A stretch of 64,000 bases of DNA from an uncultured Acidobacteriota bacterium (GTDB taxonomy: Bacteria > Acidobacteriota > UBA6911): NCBI GenBank assembly GCA_963843575.1, contig CAWJKZ010000009.1, positions 32,001 through 96,000 on the forward strand, in the 5' to 3' direction. The notes under the pieces were generated by a model. That model did not search any database. It was given only the letters and a program-made list of their open reading frames with translations, and was not told where the DNA came from. Below, one piece after another: positions 63,898 through 64,000 of the stretch (position 1 is the first letter of the stretch; each line of letters begins with the position of its first letter). The position numbers and the translations under genes were made by a program.

Positions 63898-64000
63898 ACC
63901 GTCGAAGAACGCCATTTCCCCCAGCCCGAACTTTACACCTTCCACATCGCGGCATGGCTGCGGCGGTCGATTGGCGCTCCATCAGGGCAAGCCCCTTCTA

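Noticed and set aside
1-64000. CRISPR arrays, tRNA or rRNA genes
   Set aside because: No regularly spaced repeats or recognisable RNA gene signatures seen by eye; a tRNAscan/Infernal run would be definitive.

Overview
This is GC-rich bacterial DNA, most likely Acidobacteriota, judged from ADOP-type orphan permeases, a TIGR02999-type ECF sigma and acidobacterial-style secreted proteins. The window is an accessory mosaic of apparently intact genes and many short gene fragments with abrupt junctions, frameshifts and in-frame stops; some may be assembly or sequencing artefacts. Main contents: (1) the 3' part of a highly reducing type I PKS (KS-AT-DH-cMT-ER-KR-ACP) ending in a PlsC-like acyltransferase instead of a thioesterase; (2) two-component genes and a di-heme cytochrome c; (3) a Cus-like heavy-metal RND operon with two accessory genes; (4) PilZ, coaX, ADOP permeases and a serine hydrolase; (5) a SWIM-SNF2 pseudogene cut by a 2.46 kb IS with 18-bp inverted repeats, with a group II intron docked flush against the right inverted repeat and a candidate EBS1 complementary to that repeat; (6) a hypothetical-DUF362-ApbE cluster, a 1538-aa secreted protein, prophage remnants and carbohydrate/lipid hydrolase-like genes. 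A diverged ~197-bp element ending in an IS91/ISCR oriIS-like motif occurs twice. I saw no rRNA, tRNA or CRISPR array. All calls come from reading motifs by eye, not from database searches.
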